NCBI RefSeq assembly: GCF_036323395.1 | Contig: NZ_AP028907.1 | Span: 2,010,001 to 2,042,000, forward strand | Reading direction: 5' to 3' | DNA: 32,000 nt | Source: Pyrodictium abyssi | Lineage (GTDB): Archaea; Thermoproteota; Thermoprotei_A; Sulfolobales; Pyrodictiaceae | Shown: positions 31,258-32,000 of the stretch, piece after piece | Position numbering within the stretch: the stretch's first letter is position 1 | How the letters are laid out: the number at the start of each line of letters is the position of its first letter | The notes under the pieces: model-generated | Database searches by the model: none | Seen by the model: the letters and a program-made list of their open reading frames with translations, nothing else | What the model was told of the DNA's origin: nothing | Made by a program: the position numbers and the translations under genes

Positions 31258-32000
31258 CAGCTGTCGCGACCAGCCGCCCACAAGCCGTGGTCACGGTGGA
31301 GCAGCTCTCCGATAGGGGGATAGCCGTCGAGACCCAGGGCCCCCAGGGCCCAGCCCTACGCGCAGCCTACGAGGCCGCGAGGCTCCTCCTCGAGGCCCTG
31401 GGCGAGGAGGCCCAGCTACGCGTCACACTCGAGCTAGAGGAGCCCCTCATAAGCCCGGTCTCCTCAGCAGCGGCCGCTACGGCGGCGGCGCTCATAGAGC
31501 TCCTCGGGGTCGAGCCCGGCCCCCAGGAGCTAGCCCGCGTCCTAAACCGGGCCGTAGCGATAGCGTCCGGCAGGCCCCGCGCAGCGCTAACAGCAGCCGC
31601 CCTCCTCGGCGGCCTCGCCTCCGGCAGTGAGCAGCCGCCCTACTACGCGCGCCACCAGGTGGAGCCGCCGCGCTGGCGCATATACGTCGTCAAGCCCTGC
31701 AAGCCTCTAGCCGAGCCACCAGTACTCGTGTCCGCGGACCGGCTACTCCAGCTAAGCCAGGCAGCAGCCACCTTGCTAGCAGCAGCCGCTGTCGAGGGCT
31801 GGAACAACCGTCTAGCAAAGCTGATGGCGCAGGAGAGCCCATGGGACTACGCGGCCCCGGAGTATATCCGGCGTGCACGCACCGAGGCCCTCGAAGCAGG
31901 CGCAGTAGCCGCAGGCCTAGACCCCTACACCGGCGTACTCGTGGTTCTCGCAGAGGAGCCCGGGCCCGGCGAACGGGCAGCTGCCATACTAGAGGCGGCC
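31188..32000 (+). CDS. GHMP-kinase-like protein, partial (continues beyond window end)
   Basis: Absent from the ORF track because there is no stop in the window. Hand translation from ATG 31188: MSTRVSRSIAPVAVSLPGSLSGVAAVATSRPQAVVTVEQLSDRGIAVETQG...LELEEPLISPVSSAAAATAAALIELLGVEPGPQELARV.... The frame stays open to position 32000. The N-terminal beta-strand and the position of a Ser/Ala-rich motif-II-like segment resemble GHMP kinases, but the Gly-rich loop is degenerate. GGAGGT lies 11 nt upstream of the ATG. Confidence 0.4.
   Translation, partial: MSTRVSRSIAPVAVSLPGSLSGVAAVATSRPQAVVTVEQLSDRGIAVETQGPQGPALRAAYEAARLLLEALGEEAQLRVTLELEEPLISPVSSAAAATAAALIELLGVEPGPQELARVLNRAVAIASGRPRAALTAAALLGGLASGSEQPPYYARHQVEPPRWRIYVVKPCKPLAEPPVLVSADRLLQLSQAAATLLAAAAVEGWNNRLAKLMAQESPWDYAAPEYIRRARTEALEAGAVAAGLDPYTGVLVVLAEEPGPGERAAAILEAA

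Noticed and set aside
1-32000. CRISPR arrays, IS elements, integrases, prophage or tRNA-linked islands
   Set aside because: I saw no regularly spaced direct repeats, no transposase or integrase-like ORFs, and no tRNA genes. Apart from the coiled-coil region and one ORFan, composition is uniform.

Overview
This is a dense, two-stranded chromosomal segment that reads as a hyperthermophilic crenarchaeon, Desulfurococcales-like. That call is an inference from archaeal marker genes (stalk protein aP1/L12, Hel308/Hjm, TIP49, AMMECR1, DRG GTPase), roughly 60% GC coding DNA with heavy ATA/AGG/CTA codon use, and many N-x-S/T sequons in predicted surface proteins. I can support about 28 protein genes, two of them truncated at the window edges and absent from the ORF track: a rhomboid protease at 1-288 (-) and a GHMP-kinase-like gene at 31188-32000 (+). 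By eye I found no rRNA, tRNA, CRISPR array, integrase, transposase or canonical defence genes. Most of the window looks like housekeeping, so I cannot claim a clear novel multi-gene system. The three most unusual items are these. (1) An 832-aa gene (27249-29747) encodes an N-terminal membrane anchor, a ~200-aa coiled-coil stalk, a clostripain-type C11 cysteine protease and a beta-rich C-terminal module. (2) A divergent pair of paralogous PP-loop/PAPS-reductase-like genes with unrelated N-terminal domains (8514-11428) flanks a structured 275-nt spacer and sits directly upstream of hel308 and TIP49. (3) Several family-assignable enzymes carry substitutions at normally invariant catalytic positions: Tmk P-loop Lys to Thr, DRG G3 DxxG to DTPP, TIP49 Walker B DE to DD, SDR Tyr to His, and a degenerate GHMP motif II. 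Other points are several long non-coding spacers (289-649, 9720-9994, 11429-11651, 15427-15757, 27037-27248), two lower-GC ORFans, and a possible frameshift at ~31025-31066. All family calls rest on motif recognition from the supplied translations. No database search was run.
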